64,000 nt of DNA, taken from NCBI GenBank assembly GCA_965227775.1, contig OZ245777.1:2880001-2944000 (forward strand). The letters run 5' to 3'. The position numbers and the translations under genes were made by a program. This DNA is from Phycisphaerales bacterium. GTDB taxonomy: Bacteria; Planctomycetota; Phycisphaerae; Phycisphaerales; UBA1924. Position 1 is the first letter of the stretch. Each line of letters begins with the position of its first letter. Shown in pieces: positions 49,190 to 59,848 of the stretch. The notes under the pieces were generated by a model. It was not told the DNA's origin and ran no database searches. It saw only the letters and a list, made by a program, of their open reading frames with translations.

Positions 49190-50431
49190 CTAGTTCAGGC
49201 CAAAGACATCGTCCCATCGCTCATCATCGAGCCACTTGGGCGGCACGCGCTCCGTAAGCTCGAGCTGCCTGTGGTCCTGATCGAAGTGGATCACGAGCGT
49301 GAAAGGCTCGTCGCCGTCGATGTCGTATTCCCACCTTCCCTGGCGGCCGAATCGGAGTTGATCCGGATGTCCGATCGCCTCGAGGATTGCACGCGGCTTC
49401 ATGCCAGGCTGTAGGAGGTCGACCCGCTCGGCCCTGGGTGCTGGCAGATTTGTCCCGATGGTTTCGGCGCCAGAGATCTGCACGCCGGGCTGCGCCGCCG
49501 GAGCCTCTCCGAATCGTCGCAACCCGAGTTGGGCGATGCGCCGAAGCGTGAACTCGCGCTGCTGGAAGGGGTTGATCCCGCCTTCGTACTTCCCATCGAT
49601 GTCCCACCAGCCGCCGGACGAACCAACGTAAGCGCACTGCTCCAATTCCCGGAGGTCCGGCAAGATGGCCCGGTCTTCGGCCCGGAGCAGCATCGCCACG
49701 GCAGACGCAATCTCGCCGGGACTGACTGGTGCCTCGATTTGCTCACCAAGGACCATGCGCCGCGATACACACAACGCATCAAGGTTCTCGACAGCAACGC
49801 GCAGCGTCTCTCTTGCCGCTGCTAGCAGGGCCCCTTCGAGTTGCTCAATGCCCGCATCGCTGAGCTGGACGTACTTGCCCCTCGCTACATCCATCACCAC
49901 GTGTCGGCCCCAGCCCGTCGTGATGACGAACACCGTCCGGCCCTCGACCGATGCGAACGCCCACTTCGACCCGGAGGACCACATCGGCCCCGCTGTGCTG
50001 TAATGCACGTACTTCTTTGACTCGGCTTCGGGAAACTGGTCGAGAATGGACGCTCGTGCCTTGATGGATCCTGTGTCTTTTTCAAGCACCATGAGCTCGT
50101 GGCGCGAGTTCCACACGACTACCCATCCGTCGTCATGGACAAAGGCTCGAATGGGTGAGGGCTCCCACGCATCCTGCTTGCGGCTCCACAGTGTCTGCCC
50201 GTCGCTCACGCGCGTCAGCACATACGTGAAGTTGCTCGCGAACGGCCGTGGTCGCTCGCCCGCGTTGTCCGGAGAGGTTGCATCAAGCTTGACGACATTG
50301 GCCGCAGACTCGACGTGCTGGTCCTCGAAGTACCGATCGGTCGCCCATAGCGGACGAGCGCTGATCAGGCACATCGCCAGAGCCAGCGATATCCACACCA
50401 TGACGCGTTCCATGACGACTCCCTTCTGCAC
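49190..50431 (-). CDS. Secreted hypothetical protein with C-terminal SmpA/OmlA(BamE)-like motif
   Basis: Signal peptide ..ARPLWA, beta-rich N-terminal half, LLQPGMKPRAILEAIGHPD..WEY at the C-terminus. Confidence 0.6.
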   Translation of the reverse strand: MQKGVVMERVMVWISLALAMCLISARPLWATDRYFEDQHVESAANVVKLDATSPDNAGERPRPFASNFTYVLTRVSDGQTLWSRKQDAWEPSPIRAFVHDDGWVVVWNSRHELMVLEKDTGSIKARASILDQFPEAESKKYVHYSTAGPMWSSGSKWAFASVEGRTVFVITTGWGRHVVMDVARGKYVQLSDAGIEQLEGALLAAARETLRVAVENLDALCVSRRMVLGEQIEAPVSPGEIASAVAMLLRAEDRAILPDLRELEQCAYVGSSGGWWDIDGKYEGGINPFQQREFTLRRIAQLGLRRFGEAPAAQPGVQISGAETIGTNLPAPRAERVDLLQPGMKPRAILEAIGHPDQLRFGRQGRWEYDIDGDEPFTLVIHFDQDHRQLELTERVPPKWLDDERWDDVFGLN

Positions 50432-50515
50432 CAGCGGAGCATGCTCCTGCGTGCGGCCTATGAGGAGGCCTCGCGAGTGCGAAGGTTCGTGCGGGCCGCG
50501 GAGCGTGGGATCGAA

Positions 50516-50589
50516 TCAGGGTGACAGGATTCGAACCTGCGACTTCCTGCTCCCAAAGCAGGTGCTCTACCAAGCTGAGCTACACCCTG
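50516..50589 (-). tRNA. tRNA-Pro(TGG), CCA not encoded
   Basis: Reverse complement CAGGGTGTAGCTCAGCTTGGTAGAGCACCTGCTTTGGGAGCAGGAAGTCGCAGGTTCGAATCCTGTCACCCTGA. Confidence 0.95.
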
Positions 50590-50737
50590 GACAGACAACT
50601 GTAGACCGAGGCCCAATGGATAGACCTTCTGCCAGAAGCAAAAGAGACGACCGGGCGCCTCCCTGGTTGCCGCCCGGCCGCCACCCCACGCAGTCCTGTC
50701 GATCGAGTTCCGACGTAGACGGACCTCCCCTTGCCGC

Positions 50738-53700
50738 CTACAGCGGGAGCTCGTCGAACAGGAGGATCTTCGGCTTGTCGCCCGCACGACGCACGTTCGA
50801 GCGATCGACCACGATGAGGTAGCGACGCGCCACCGAAGGCACCATCGGATCGTCCTGACGCAGGCCCTCGACGTCTTCGCGGGCATAGCCGTGCATGACG
50901 AACCAGATCGCGTACACGTCGCTTCGCACCGACACGGTGTTGGCCATGCCGTTGTAGAGCGCGAGCTGCTCGTCGTAGTCGTCGGCGACGCCATCGCTCT
51001 CGAAGGTTCCGACAGCTACGCCCCGATCAACCGCACCGTCGGCATCGTCGTAGCGCACTGCATCAACGCCATCGACGTTAAGCTCTCGACCATCCTGTCC
51101 CAGTCGGCGGATCATGTGCGGCCTTGCATAGGTCGATGGACCGATGATCGGGCCGCTCGTAGGCAGCGTATCGGCGGCCAGCACCTCACCCACCGAGAGC
51201 AAGCCGGTGTGCTCACGCAGGCCGATGATGCCGGTCGAATTCTGTCGCCCGAACAGGTCGTCGGGATCGCTATCGCCCTGTGCCGAAGTGCTGTAGAAGG
51301 GCACGGCTGCGCCCTGGCGGGGCAACGCCGCCGACTTGTCGCGATACGAACGGATGCCCGCTGCGACGTCAGAGCGCGCGTCGTGGAGTTGCGCCCCGCC
51401 ATCGCTGATCCAAGCGAGCGTCGGGTCGATCGTGCTCTCGAACGTCGGGGCCAGCCCCGGAAGTACGCTCGTCGTCACCTCGGTGGCCGTGTTCAGGTTC
51501 ACGAGGCCGGCAATGGGCGTCCGCGAGTTGATGGGCGCTTCGATCGTCGTGATGTTGCTCGTGATCGCCATCGCATGGGGCACGCCTAAGCCGCGATGCT
51601 CATCACCCGCGGTAAAGTCCCCCGTCGAATCAAGGTCGACGAACGGGGCAGGCAGGTTAAGCGATAGGTGGGCGCGATCGAGCAGGCCGAACGTGTCTTG
51701 GGGGAGGCTCGCGTAGGACTCCGGCAGGTTGGGCGCGGGCGCCTCGTTGTAGCCGAGCGCCAGGGTCAGCAACTCACCGGTCGTAAACCAATCGAGTTCC
51801 GGCGGGGAGACCGGGGCGTCCCGGACAGGCATCTGCACGGGACCGACAGCCGGCGCGCCGAGGAAGTCGCCCGGCCGCAGCATGCGCGACGTCCGCGTCG
51901 ACGAGGGATCTTCCAGCAGACCACGGTTGTCGTTGCGAAGCGGGTTGACATAGACGTCTTCGAACTGCGTCACTCCATCCGGATGGCGGCTGGACGTCAC
52001 GATCTCGCGATGCTGGTGGGCCGTGTTCTCAGCCGCGAGGGTGATATCGGTTGGAATCTGCGCGAGCGTTCCTTCCGATCCGTCCACGTTGCTGAAGATG
52101 TCCGTCAGCGCCCGCTCGGCGGTGCGCAGCTTCCCGCCTCCGATGAACTGCCCGCGATTCAGCGAGAAGCCCGGACTGAGGGGGGCGGGCAGCACCAGGT
52201 CATCCACAGCGACCGCGTTCAGCGACGTCAGCGCTTCTGTGCCGACCGTCGGATCGGTAAACGGCTTCTCGAGGATGTACGCCGGGAGGGTGCCGTTGGG
52301 GGCGTCGACAGCTCCAGTTGGCCGGGCGATCGTGCCCCAGGTGACGATCGAGAAACCTGTGTTGTCGATGGCATCGGCCGCGGTGCCCGTATCGGGGCCC
52401 GCGACGGTCACGTCAACATCGGTGTCTACAGCCGGAGGCCGCCGATCAAGCGTGGGCCGATCGCTAAAGGGGGCCGGGTCAAAGAGCCGGTCCAGCATGA
52501 CATCGGTATACGCGTTGGGATTGGAGCCGACAACGATGCGGTTCAGGCGCGTCCACAGCGTCACTTCACGGTTCGCGTCGGACTCCACAGCAACGCCCCC
52601 GGGGGGCCCCGCCAGGAAGTCATCGACCGCCGATACGTCAGCATCGAACCTGACAAGCTGGAGATCCGGGCTGCTGTTCGTCAGGTGGAGTGTGATCCAG
52701 GACTCGACGTCGACCGCGGCCACCGGGAAGAAGCCCGGCGCGGCCCGGTTCGCGCGATCCGCGACCATGTCGCCGCTTGTGTCCTCGGTTTCGACGTAGA
52801 GGATGATGCTCCCGCCGGCGGGAATTCGCGTGCCCGCGGGAATCTCGAGACCATCGACCAACTGCGGGCTGGCCACGGGGCCACCCAACTCGCCGAAGCG
52901 AACGAAGTACTGATCGTTCCGAACATCGATGTCCGTCGAGTACGGGTTGGTCAACTGGACCGCGAAGATCTGCCCGACGAAGTCGTCATTCGTGTTCGGG
53001 TTCGTATCGAAGTCGATCGTGATGGGTTGGGCCCCACCACCACCGGGGCCGAAAATCGGGCCAGAACCTCCACCACTTGGCGGAACGTACTCCGACGTGC
53101 CGGTCGTCGAATCGGTGAAGACGTTGTACAGCACGACCTGCGTGATGACCGGATGGACCTCGAGCCCATACACGTTCATCGCGGCGACGTTCTCCGCCTC
53201 CGTCGCGCCAGGGGGGAGACGCTCGTCGCCGAAGTCGAGCCGGCCACTGACACCAGGAGGAGCCGAACCGGTGGCATCTTCGGGCTGGCTCCACCAGGGG
53301 AACACATCCTGCCACGCAGGATTGCCTTCCAGGTTGGCCCGTGTCGTGCCGTCACCGTTCACGAGGAGTGTAAACGCGCTGGGGATGTGGTCGCCATCGA
53401 ACATGTCGATGGTGTTGGCAACAGCGTGCGCCGCCGTGCGGAGCGAGAACAGGCGGTCGAAACCGTAAAAAGTTGTCTGCCACTGGCTATTGGTCGGATC
53501 CCACGCGTCGACCTCGTCTGCCGACGGCATCAGCGCGTTGGCGAACGTGCGGAAGAGCGGGTGCGCGTTGCGACGGAGTCGCGCCGGCACTTCGCCGAGC
53601 GGACCCGACGATGGCAGGTCCTGCGGGGCCGCCAAGGTCAGCAGCCGGTACCCATCCTGGAGCACCGTCGGATCCTCGCTCGAAGGATCGACCGCAACCG

Positions 53701-55561
53701 TGCTGTCTGGCAGTGTCGAGATGGTGGTGAAGAAGTCCAGCACCGTCGGCGAGGGCGTTGTCAGCCGCACGCGCGTGGGCACGCGCGGGATGCCGCCGCT
53801 CAAGGTGGTCAGGTGCTGCCGTACGCCAATGTGCTTTTGTGCCAGCAACGCATCAGGGTCAGAGAGATCGCGTTCGACCTGCAGCGAGCGGTTCTCGCGC
53901 AGTGGGCTCAGGTTCTCTTCGGAACCATCGCGACCGCCTACGGCACGCTCAAGGCTTGACAAGTTCTGCGGATCGTTCAAACCATCGAAGGCGAGCAACT
54001 CGCCGAGATCCTCGACGCCGAAGCCGTATTGCCGGTAGGCCCCTTCGGTGTCGTTGCTCAGGATCTCGCTGCCGCTGCGGCGAAACTCGCTGTACTCCAG
54101 GCGACGCTGATCGGGCAGCAGTGGGTCGTCCCCGGCGCCCCACGCCAAGGTGCCGGCCGGCGGGTGCTCGCCGTTCAGCACGCGACGGAGTGCCCAGAAT
54201 CCCTGGTTGCCGAGCGCCTGGGAGATACCAAAGTTGTCGTAGCTGTCGTAGTCCTGCGCGCCTCCGGACGTTGGCTGCGGCGCTTCATCCATGAACGTAT
54301 TGTGCTGGACCCAACCGTTCTCGCCGGTCAGTACGCGACGTACGTCGATATCGGCGGGCGAGGCACCGAGACGGTCAGCGTTTGTCGGCGCTCCGTCGTA
54401 CGTGCCAGAACCAGGAACCGGCTGCAGAAGCCCACGCGCCGTGTTGACATTCACACGGCCCGAAAGATCGACGATCCGCGTCGCCACAAACCAGCGCAGC
54501 TGGCCCTCGGTCGGCACGACCGATCGCGGGATGAAGGTCCCAGGGTTGCCCGGCACCGTCACATCGACGAGTTCCTGCCAGCGTGAATCGAAGAAGCCAT
54601 CACCGTCGGCGTCGGCCCACATGTAGGGCATGTACTGTTCGTCGCCAACTCCAAAACCGTTGTCAAAATTGACAGGTCGAAACGAACCAACCTGCAAACT
54701 GTCGAAGTGCGCTGGAACTTCAGGGTTCGCCTGGCCGCCGTAGACCCGGCTCCGAGTTGGAGTACCGCTGCTATCCGTCACGAACATCCTGTTCGGATCG
54801 CTCATTTCACCGGTACCAACACCCGGCAACGCGTCAAAGTTGCCGCGCATGTTGAATAGGTTGCTAAACAGCCCGTTGGGTCCGACATTGGAGATCTTGG
54901 CCCAGTCCACGCGATCGACGTACGCCGGCGAGCTGAACGTGTCGCTGGATCCGCGGATGTACGTCGGCTCGCTCGCGGCAAGCCACGGATCGCTCGGCCC
55001 GAAGGGCAACAGGTCATTGAAGAAACCCGATCGGTTTGCGGGATCGGTAGGATCATCCGAAGGCCGCAACGGCGGCAGGGTGCCGATCGGGTTGAATGCG
55101 CGACCGAGGTAGGTGAGCTTGGGCTGGGGCGTGCCGGAAACCGGCTCGCCATCGAACGTGCGGTCGAAGTCGGTGCGCGGCATATCGACCGCTTCGGTCA
55201 TGAAGATCGGGTTGCCAGCGGCGTCGAAGCCGTCGAAGTACACCGACAGGGCATCGTCACCCACGATGCCCACGAGGTAATCGCCGAAGTGCTGGGCCTG
55301 GCGATCAATCTCGGCGGCGCGGGTCGTCGTTCGGGCCGAGCGCCGATCGCCGCCGCCGATGCTGACATAGGCAACCGTCAGCACGGCCAGCAGCGCGAGC
55401 GTTGCCACCACGAGGATCAATGTCGAGCCCCGTCGCGCCGCCAGATTGCCGCTGGCGGTCCGCAAAGCCTTGGTCGCACCCATGTTCATTCGCATGCGTC
55501 GCATGTCCAATCCCTCCCCGATTGCGTATTGCCGCCTCGCAGTGGCGCTCGCTCCAGTCAT
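50738..55561 (-). CDS. Giant PilX/GspK-like minor (pseudo)pilin, 1607 aa
   Basis: RRG/STLILVV leader without Glu5, DLSGRVNVNTA, lamin-tail-like VITQV..QLTNPY, GLVNLNTA..LPGL, VRSDVY..VVDRS; last gene of the pilin run. Confidence 0.75.
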   Translation of the reverse strand: MTGASATARRQYAIGEGLDMRRMRMNMGATKALRTASGNLAARRGSTLILVVATLALLAVLTVAYVSIGGGDRRSARTTTRAAEIDRQAQHFGDYLVGIVGDDALSVYFDGFDAAGNPIFMTEAVDMPRTDFDRTFDGEPVSGTPQPKLTYLGRAFNPIGTLPPLRPSDDPTDPANRSGFFNDLLPFGPSDPWLAASEPTYIRGSSDTFSSPAYVDRVDWAKISNVGPNGLFSNLFNMRGNFDALPGVGTGEMSDPNRMFVTDSSGTPTRSRVYGGQANPEVPAHFDSLQVGSFRPVNFDNGFGVGDEQYMPYMWADADGDGFFDSRWQELVDVTVPGNPGTFIPRSVVPTEGQLRWFVATRIVDLSGRVNVNTARGLLQPVPGSGTYDGAPTNADRLGASPADIDVRRVLTGENGWVQHNTFMDEAPQPTSGGAQDYDSYDNFGISQALGNQGFWALRRVLNGEHPPAGTLAWGAGDDPLLPDQRRLEYSEFRRSGSEILSNDTEGAYRQYGFGVEDLGELLAFDGLNDPQNLSSLERAVGGRDGSEENLSPLRENRSLQVERDLSDPDALLAQKHIGVRQHLTTLSGGIPRVPTRVRLTTPSPTVLDFFTTISTLPDSTVAVDPSSEDPTVLQDGYRLLTLAAPQDLPSSGPLGEVPARLRRNAHPLFRTFANALMPSADEVDAWDPTNSQWQTTFYGFDRLFSLRTAAHAVANTIDMFDGDHIPSAFTLLVNGDGTTRANLEGNPAWQDVFPWWSQPEDATGSAPPGVSGRLDFGDERLPPGATEAENVAAMNVYGLEVHPVITQVVLYNVFTDSTTGTSEYVPPSGGGSGPIFGPGGGGAQPITIDFDTNPNTNDDFVGQIFAVQLTNPYSTDIDVRNDQYFVRFGELGGPVASPQLVDGLEIPAGTRIPAGGSIILYVETEDTSGDMVADRANRAAPGFFPVAAVDVESWITLHLTNSSPDLQLVRFDADVSAVDDFLAGPPGGVAVESDANREVTLWTRLNRIVVGSNPNAYTDVMLDRLFDPAPFSDRPTLDRRPPAVDTDVDVTVAGPDTGTAADAIDNTGFSIVTWGTIARPTGAVDAPNGTLPAYILEKPFTDPTVGTEALTSLNAVAVDDLVLPAPLSPGFSLNRGQFIGGGKLRTAERALTDIFSNVDGSEGTLAQIPTDITLAAENTAHQHREIVTSSRHPDGVTQFEDVYVNPLRNDNRGLLEDPSSTRTSRMLRPGDFLGAPAVGPVQMPVRDAPVSPPELDWFTTGELLTLALGYNEAPAPNLPESYASLPQDTFGLLDRAHLSLNLPAPFVDLDSTGDFTAGDEHRGLGVPHAMAITSNITTIEAPINSRTPIAGLVNLNTATEVTTSVLPGLAPTFESTIDPTLAWISDGGAQLHDARSDVAAGIRSYRDKSAALPRQGAAVPFYSTSAQGDSDPDDLFGRQNSTGIIGLREHTGLLSVGEVLAADTLPTSGPIIGPSTYARPHMIRRLGQDGRELNVDGVDAVRYDDADGAVDRGVAVGTFESDGVADDYDEQLALYNGMANTVSVRSDVYAIWFVMHGYAREDVEGLRQDDPMVPSVARRYLIVVDRSNVRRAGDKPKILLFDELPL

Positions 55562-57510
55562 CGCACCGGGTTACCTGGTGTGGGGAAGACGTACTGGAAG
55601 GTTCGTTCGATCGTCTCATCGCCCGGATCTGTCAGCGTCACCGTGACGCGGACGAGCTCGGGCCAGGGCCAGTCAAGCGTGTTCACCGCGGCGGCATCTG
55701 CAAGGTTGCCGTCGCCATCGGGATCGTCGGCGTCGAAGAACGGCAGCGTGTAGCCGAAGTACGACACGACCGCGTCAGCCGGACCAGCCGTGCCGAGGCC
55801 AGAAGTCCGCACCCCATGGACCACTTCTGGCACCACCGGATAGCTCGCGTGCGTGTCGCCGACGTCGGCAAAGTCGCCGCGAAGGAAGCTTCCGAGCGGC
55901 TGGCCGAGTCGAGGCAGGTCGATGAACTCGCGTGCATCCTCGCCGACATCCGCGATCCCGCTGCCCGCAGGCTCCCGCAACCGGTATGGAACAAAGAACG
56001 ATCCCGCAAGATCGTCCACGGTACCGCGGACTTCCTTGTCATACCGCGGGTAGGGATAGACGAATCGATCGTCCGTGCCATCCTTGTCATAGTCGATGCC
56101 GCGCTCGGCTCCATGCCAGATCATCTCGCCGTCCTCGTCGGTCTTGCCGAAGCTCCACTCGACGATGAACTCCGACACGCGGGGGATGAACGCCGACGAC
56201 GCCAGCGCGTTCTGGTCGGCGATGCGTAGGGCGCCACGGATCGGGTTGGACACCGAATCGGCCAGTGCGGTGTGTAGATCGGGCGGCGCGGGCTCGTAGC
56301 GCACGCGTGCCACCTCGTCGTCGCTCAGCGAGATGCTGCGGTACGTCAGCTCCTGGCCCGGGTCGACGAACTGCGAGGGATCGAAGTCGATCTGCGTGCG
56401 ATGGCTGGGCGCGGGCATGCCATCAAGCATCCACGCCTGCTGCACGCCCACCGGGCCGATGGTTCGCTCGGGACCAACGTACAGGCTGCAATCCGGCGCT
56501 AGCTGAGCGGGCGACAGGTACGCGTACTGGAACGGCGTGGGTGCGGTGTCGACAAGAAGGCCAGCCGACGACTGGACGATGCCGCGGATCTCCTCGAGGT
56601 TCGTCGTCGCAACGTCGACCAGGCCCGACTCGAACCGGGGGCCGACGTTGGGATCGCTGATGCCCGCGGTTTCTCGGATGCCTTGTACCGGCGGGAACAG
56701 GAGCGGATCGCAGGAACCATAGTTGAGTATGTTGATCGATCGGAAGATGCTGTCGCCGGCCGGCTGCAGGCCCACCTGCAGGCGATTGTCGCGCCACACA
56801 TCCGGGTTCGAGTACGGCCCGGCCGCGAATGGCGCGTCGACGATGCCGCCACCGATGCTCACCAGCGCGGTGGAGTGGCGCAGCAGCGTCCAGCTGTTGG
56901 CGAACCGATTCGGGTTGCCGGGCGTCTGTGAGCCAGGCAGGTGCCCTGACGTGGTATCAGGTATGCGATTCACAGTCACGACGTCAGGCTGGGCGTAGGC
57001 GCTCGACGGATCAACGTCGATCTCCATCCGCTGTCCGATGCCGTAATAGATGCGAGCGCTCGAGCCCTCGGGCACAAAACCGGGGGCCAATGGCTCGCGG
57101 GCCGAGGCCGACCGCTCGTCGACGAAGAACATGATCTCGTCGATTCGCCGCTCACGCCACTGGCTGATCGGCTGGTCGGCAAAGAGAGGTATCGGGTTGC
57201 GCTCGTCGGCGTACTCGTGCCGGATGATCATGTACCCGTCGCGGGTCATGGCAGCGAAGTCCTCGCGCATCTGCCGCTCGAGCACCGCGGCGTACTGCGT
57301 GATGGCGCTTACGCTGCGGCCGCGCGACACCGTATCGCCGACCGACGCGAAGATGCTCGCGATGCCCACAGCCACGAACGCGACCGCGCCCACCGCCACC
57401 AGCATCTCGACGAGGGTGAAGCCCGCCGCCCGGCCGCTGGCACGCGCCAGAACTCGCGCACGACGCTTCCCGTTGGCTTTCATTGGGTTGGCTCGCATCA
57501 GCTTCTTCAC
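55558..57510 (-). CDS. Enlarged PilW/GspJ-like prepilin, 650 aa
   Basis: AG/FTLVEMLVAV cleavage/methylation motif; C-terminal WPELVRVTVTL. Confidence 0.8.
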   Translation of the reverse strand: MKKLMRANPMKANGKRRARVLARASGRAAGFTLVEMLVAVGAVAFVAVGIASIFASVGDTVSRGRSVSAITQYAAVLERQMREDFAAMTRDGYMIIRHEYADERNPIPLFADQPISQWRERRIDEIMFFVDERSASAREPLAPGFVPEGSSARIYYGIGQRMEIDVDPSSAYAQPDVVTVNRIPDTTSGHLPGSQTPGNPNRFANSWTLLRHSTALVSIGGGIVDAPFAAGPYSNPDVWRDNRLQVGLQPAGDSIFRSINILNYGSCDPLLFPPVQGIRETAGISDPNVGPRFESGLVDVATTNLEEIRGIVQSSAGLLVDTAPTPFQYAYLSPAQLAPDCSLYVGPERTIGPVGVQQAWMLDGMPAPSHRTQIDFDPSQFVDPGQELTYRSISLSDDEVARVRYEPAPPDLHTALADSVSNPIRGALRIADQNALASSAFIPRVSEFIVEWSFGKTDEDGEMIWHGAERGIDYDKDGTDDRFVYPYPRYDKEVRGTVDDLAGSFFVPYRLREPAGSGIADVGEDAREFIDLPRLGQPLGSFLRGDFADVGDTHASYPVVPEVVHGVRTSGLGTAGPADAVVSYFGYTLPFFDADDPDGDGNLADAAAVNTLDWPWPELVRVTVTLTDPGDETIERTFQYVFPTPGNPVR

Positions 57511-58715
57511 AGCGGCAGCCTCCCTGCGCCCGAGCCCGAGGGCGACTCGATCTCGTCAGCATCGATGCCAACGCGGTACACGATCACCGTCGCCGGCGGC
57601 TGGGGTACGAAGACGACCTGACGGATCTCCGTCCACGCCTCTTCGTCATCCCAGTTCGGTGTACTGGCCGAGGTTCGAGGGACCCAGCCATCGATGCCGG
57701 GACGAATGCGAACCTCAGCGAAGTTTGAGCCAAAGTCGAGCGTCTCCTCGACCGTGTAGACGTTCCCAAGATTGTCCACGAGCTGCTGGCCCACCTGGCT
57801 TGCAAGGCGCAGCTTGTTGTCGAGCGATACCGACCCGGCGGGCACGAGGCCCGAGGCTGTCGGGTCGCTCTCGAGACGCAATACGTTCGAGCGATTGCCG
57901 TCGTACTCAGCCCCCAATGTCATCGGGGGCGCGTAGATCTCGCCCTGGCCAGTATTGCCACCGGCGGCCGTGAGCGCGCCCATCTCCGTCAGGCCGACGG
58001 GCAGAACAGTCGTGGATGCGAGGCCGAGCATGACCGTGTAGCCCGTCTCCCCTGCGGGCACCCGGATGCCGGTATCGACACGCCGAACGAACACGGCGAT
58101 CTCCAAGCCCGCACGCCACTGCGAAAGCTCTCGCGATGGAGATGCGGGCGTGTACTCTGAGTCGGCCAGCAGCGAGAAGCCTTCGTCTTCGATCGGGGGC
58201 AGCCGGCGTGCGACGAAGTCCCACACGAACTGTGGCTCGTCCAGGTTCGAAGCGGGCGTCGGGTACAGCCGATCGATCAGCGGGATGCGAACCGGATCGA
58301 CGCCGCCGACACGGTCGCCGATCACAACGTTCCCCTCGTCCTCATACAGGCTGACATCGAGCCCGGCGAGGTCCCACTCGTACGCTTCGGACCACTGATC
58401 ATCGAGGAGCAACGAGCCGAAGCCGAACTCGCGGCCCGTGCCCGTGCTCAGGCCCGTACCCACCCGTGGCTTGAGCCCGAGCCGCAGCAGGTCCGGGCGC
58501 GCGTTCAGATACGCCCGCGCGTCGTTCGCGACCACAATGCCCAGCGTGCGATCCGACGCGACCCGCTGCTCTCGGATGATGCCAGGAATGAGCGCGCCCA
58601 GTCCCAGCAGCCCGAGCGCGAGCACGAAGATGGACATCAGTACTTCGATGAGCGTGAACGCGGCCACCGCGCGGGTGCGTCGTCGTTGCCGCATGCTCAA
58701 GGTCCGCCCCTGCAT
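57507..58715 (-). CDS. Enlarged PilV/GspI-like prepilin
   Basis: AA/FTLIEVLMSIFVLALGLLGL; GGAGGGAG before ATG 58715. Confidence 0.8.
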   Translation of the reverse strand: MQGRTLSMRQRRRTRAVAAFTLIEVLMSIFVLALGLLGLGALIPGIIREQRVASDRTLGIVVANDARAYLNARPDLLRLGLKPRVGTGLSTGTGREFGFGSLLLDDQWSEAYEWDLAGLDVSLYEDEGNVVIGDRVGGVDPVRIPLIDRLYPTPASNLDEPQFVWDFVARRLPPIEDEGFSLLADSEYTPASPSRELSQWRAGLEIAVFVRRVDTGIRVPAGETGYTVMLGLASTTVLPVGLTEMGALTAAGGNTGQGEIYAPPMTLGAEYDGNRSNVLRLESDPTASGLVPAGSVSLDNKLRLASQVGQQLVDNLGNVYTVEETLDFGSNFAEVRIRPGIDGWVPRTSASTPNWDDEEAWTEIRQVVFVPQPPATVIVYRVGIDADEIESPSGSGAGRLPL

Positions 58716-58717
58716 TC

Positions 58718-59848
58718 TCAGTCTCCCTCCGCAAGGCGTGCTGCCTCGACGGGCTGGCCCAGGTATCGCGAGACCAGGAAGATGCGCGCATCTGATGTTT
58801 CGGATGCGGGTAATGCTCCTGCTTGGCGATCGCTCGCACGCATCCACAGGCCGATCCTCAGATTGATCTCGGTTCGTGTAACCGAGCCAAAGATCGCCGT
58901 GTCGTACTCCGGTCCGCTCACCGAGCCGGCGATCGGGCTGTAAAGCGTATCGGTGCTCCGGTTGAGCCCGTCGGCCCCGATAGCATCCGCCAGCCGCTTC
59001 TCGTTGTACACGGCGATCTGGCTTACCGGGCCGACCAGTACGGTGTCGCTAGCCTCGTCGCCCAGCAACTGACGCTGCTGGTTTAGCGTTAGCGCCGGGT
59101 CGGCCAGCACTTTGCGAACGAATCGGCCGAGATTCTCCTCGCGGTCAACCCGGTACGTGTTCCACGGAGGCGAGCCGGGATCGCGGAACAACAGCGTCGG
59201 CGCGGGATCGATGTACAGCGCCTTGCTCGTTGCCGAGCTCAGAAAGCGACCCGTGCCACCCTCGAAACGCACCATGAACGATTGACGGCTCTCGCCGTTG
59301 TCGCCTTGGGCCTGCTCGTAGAACACCGTCTCCGGGAAGACCCACTGGCCCTGGTCCCGGTCTGTGCCCTGATACGTGTCTTCATACCAGCCGAGGTTGT
59401 CGGGCCTGGCACCACCAGCAGTCGAGAGCGCCGTCGGCTTCGCATAGCCACGAACCGACCAGTTGCGTGGCAGCACCACAACCTCGACGCCCTGCGCCGG
59501 AACCAGGATGTCGCGTTGGACTTCGGCGCTACCGGCACTGTCCAGGATGTTCGCCTCGACCTGGGCTACCACGATGCGGGTTCGGCCATCCTCGCCCAGC
59601 AAGAACACCGCCGCGGCGTCACGCCCCGAGCCCGCTCGGACCGCTGCCTCGCGGGCGCTCTGGAGCGCCGCCTGCACGGCGTTGGCAGCCCCTGTCTGGT
59701 TGCTGCTATACGTCAGCGACGCGTACGCCGGGATGGCGATCGCCGCCAAGATCAGGATGATGATGATCACCAGGATCAGCTCGACCAGCGTGAACGCACG
59801 CCGACGAACGCTCCGATGATCTCCGGGATCGATGCGCAGCGTGTTCAC
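58718..59848 (-). CDS. Enlarged FimT/GspH-like prepilin
   Basis: RA/FTLVELILVIIII..IPA, AANAVQAALQSAREAA. Confidence 0.8.
   Translation of the reverse strand: MNTLRIDPGDHRSVRRRAFTLVELILVIIIILILAAIAIPAYASLTYSSNQTGAANAVQAALQSAREAAVRAGSGRDAAAVFLLGEDGRTRIVVAQVEANILDSAGSAEVQRDILVPAQGVEVVVLPRNWSVRGYAKPTALSTAGGARPDNLGWYEDTYQGTDRDQGQWVFPETVFYEQAQGDNGESRQSFMVRFEGGTGRFLSSATSKALYIDPAPTLLFRDPGSPPWNTYRVDREENLGRFVRKVLADPALTLNQQRQLLGDEASDTVLVGPVSQIAVYNEKRLADAIGADGLNRSTDTLYSPIAGSVSGPEYDTAIFGSVTRTEINLRIGLWMRASDRQAGALPASETSDARIFLVSRYLGQPVEAARLAEGD

Noticed and set aside
49111..50515. Prophage or integrative element at the tRNAs
   Set aside because: Only 1.4 kb, no integrase and no att-like tRNA fragment found.
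51668..53959. 763-aa plus-strand ORF (likewise 38815-40353 and 60717-62411)
   Set aside because: Antisense shadows of well-supported genes.
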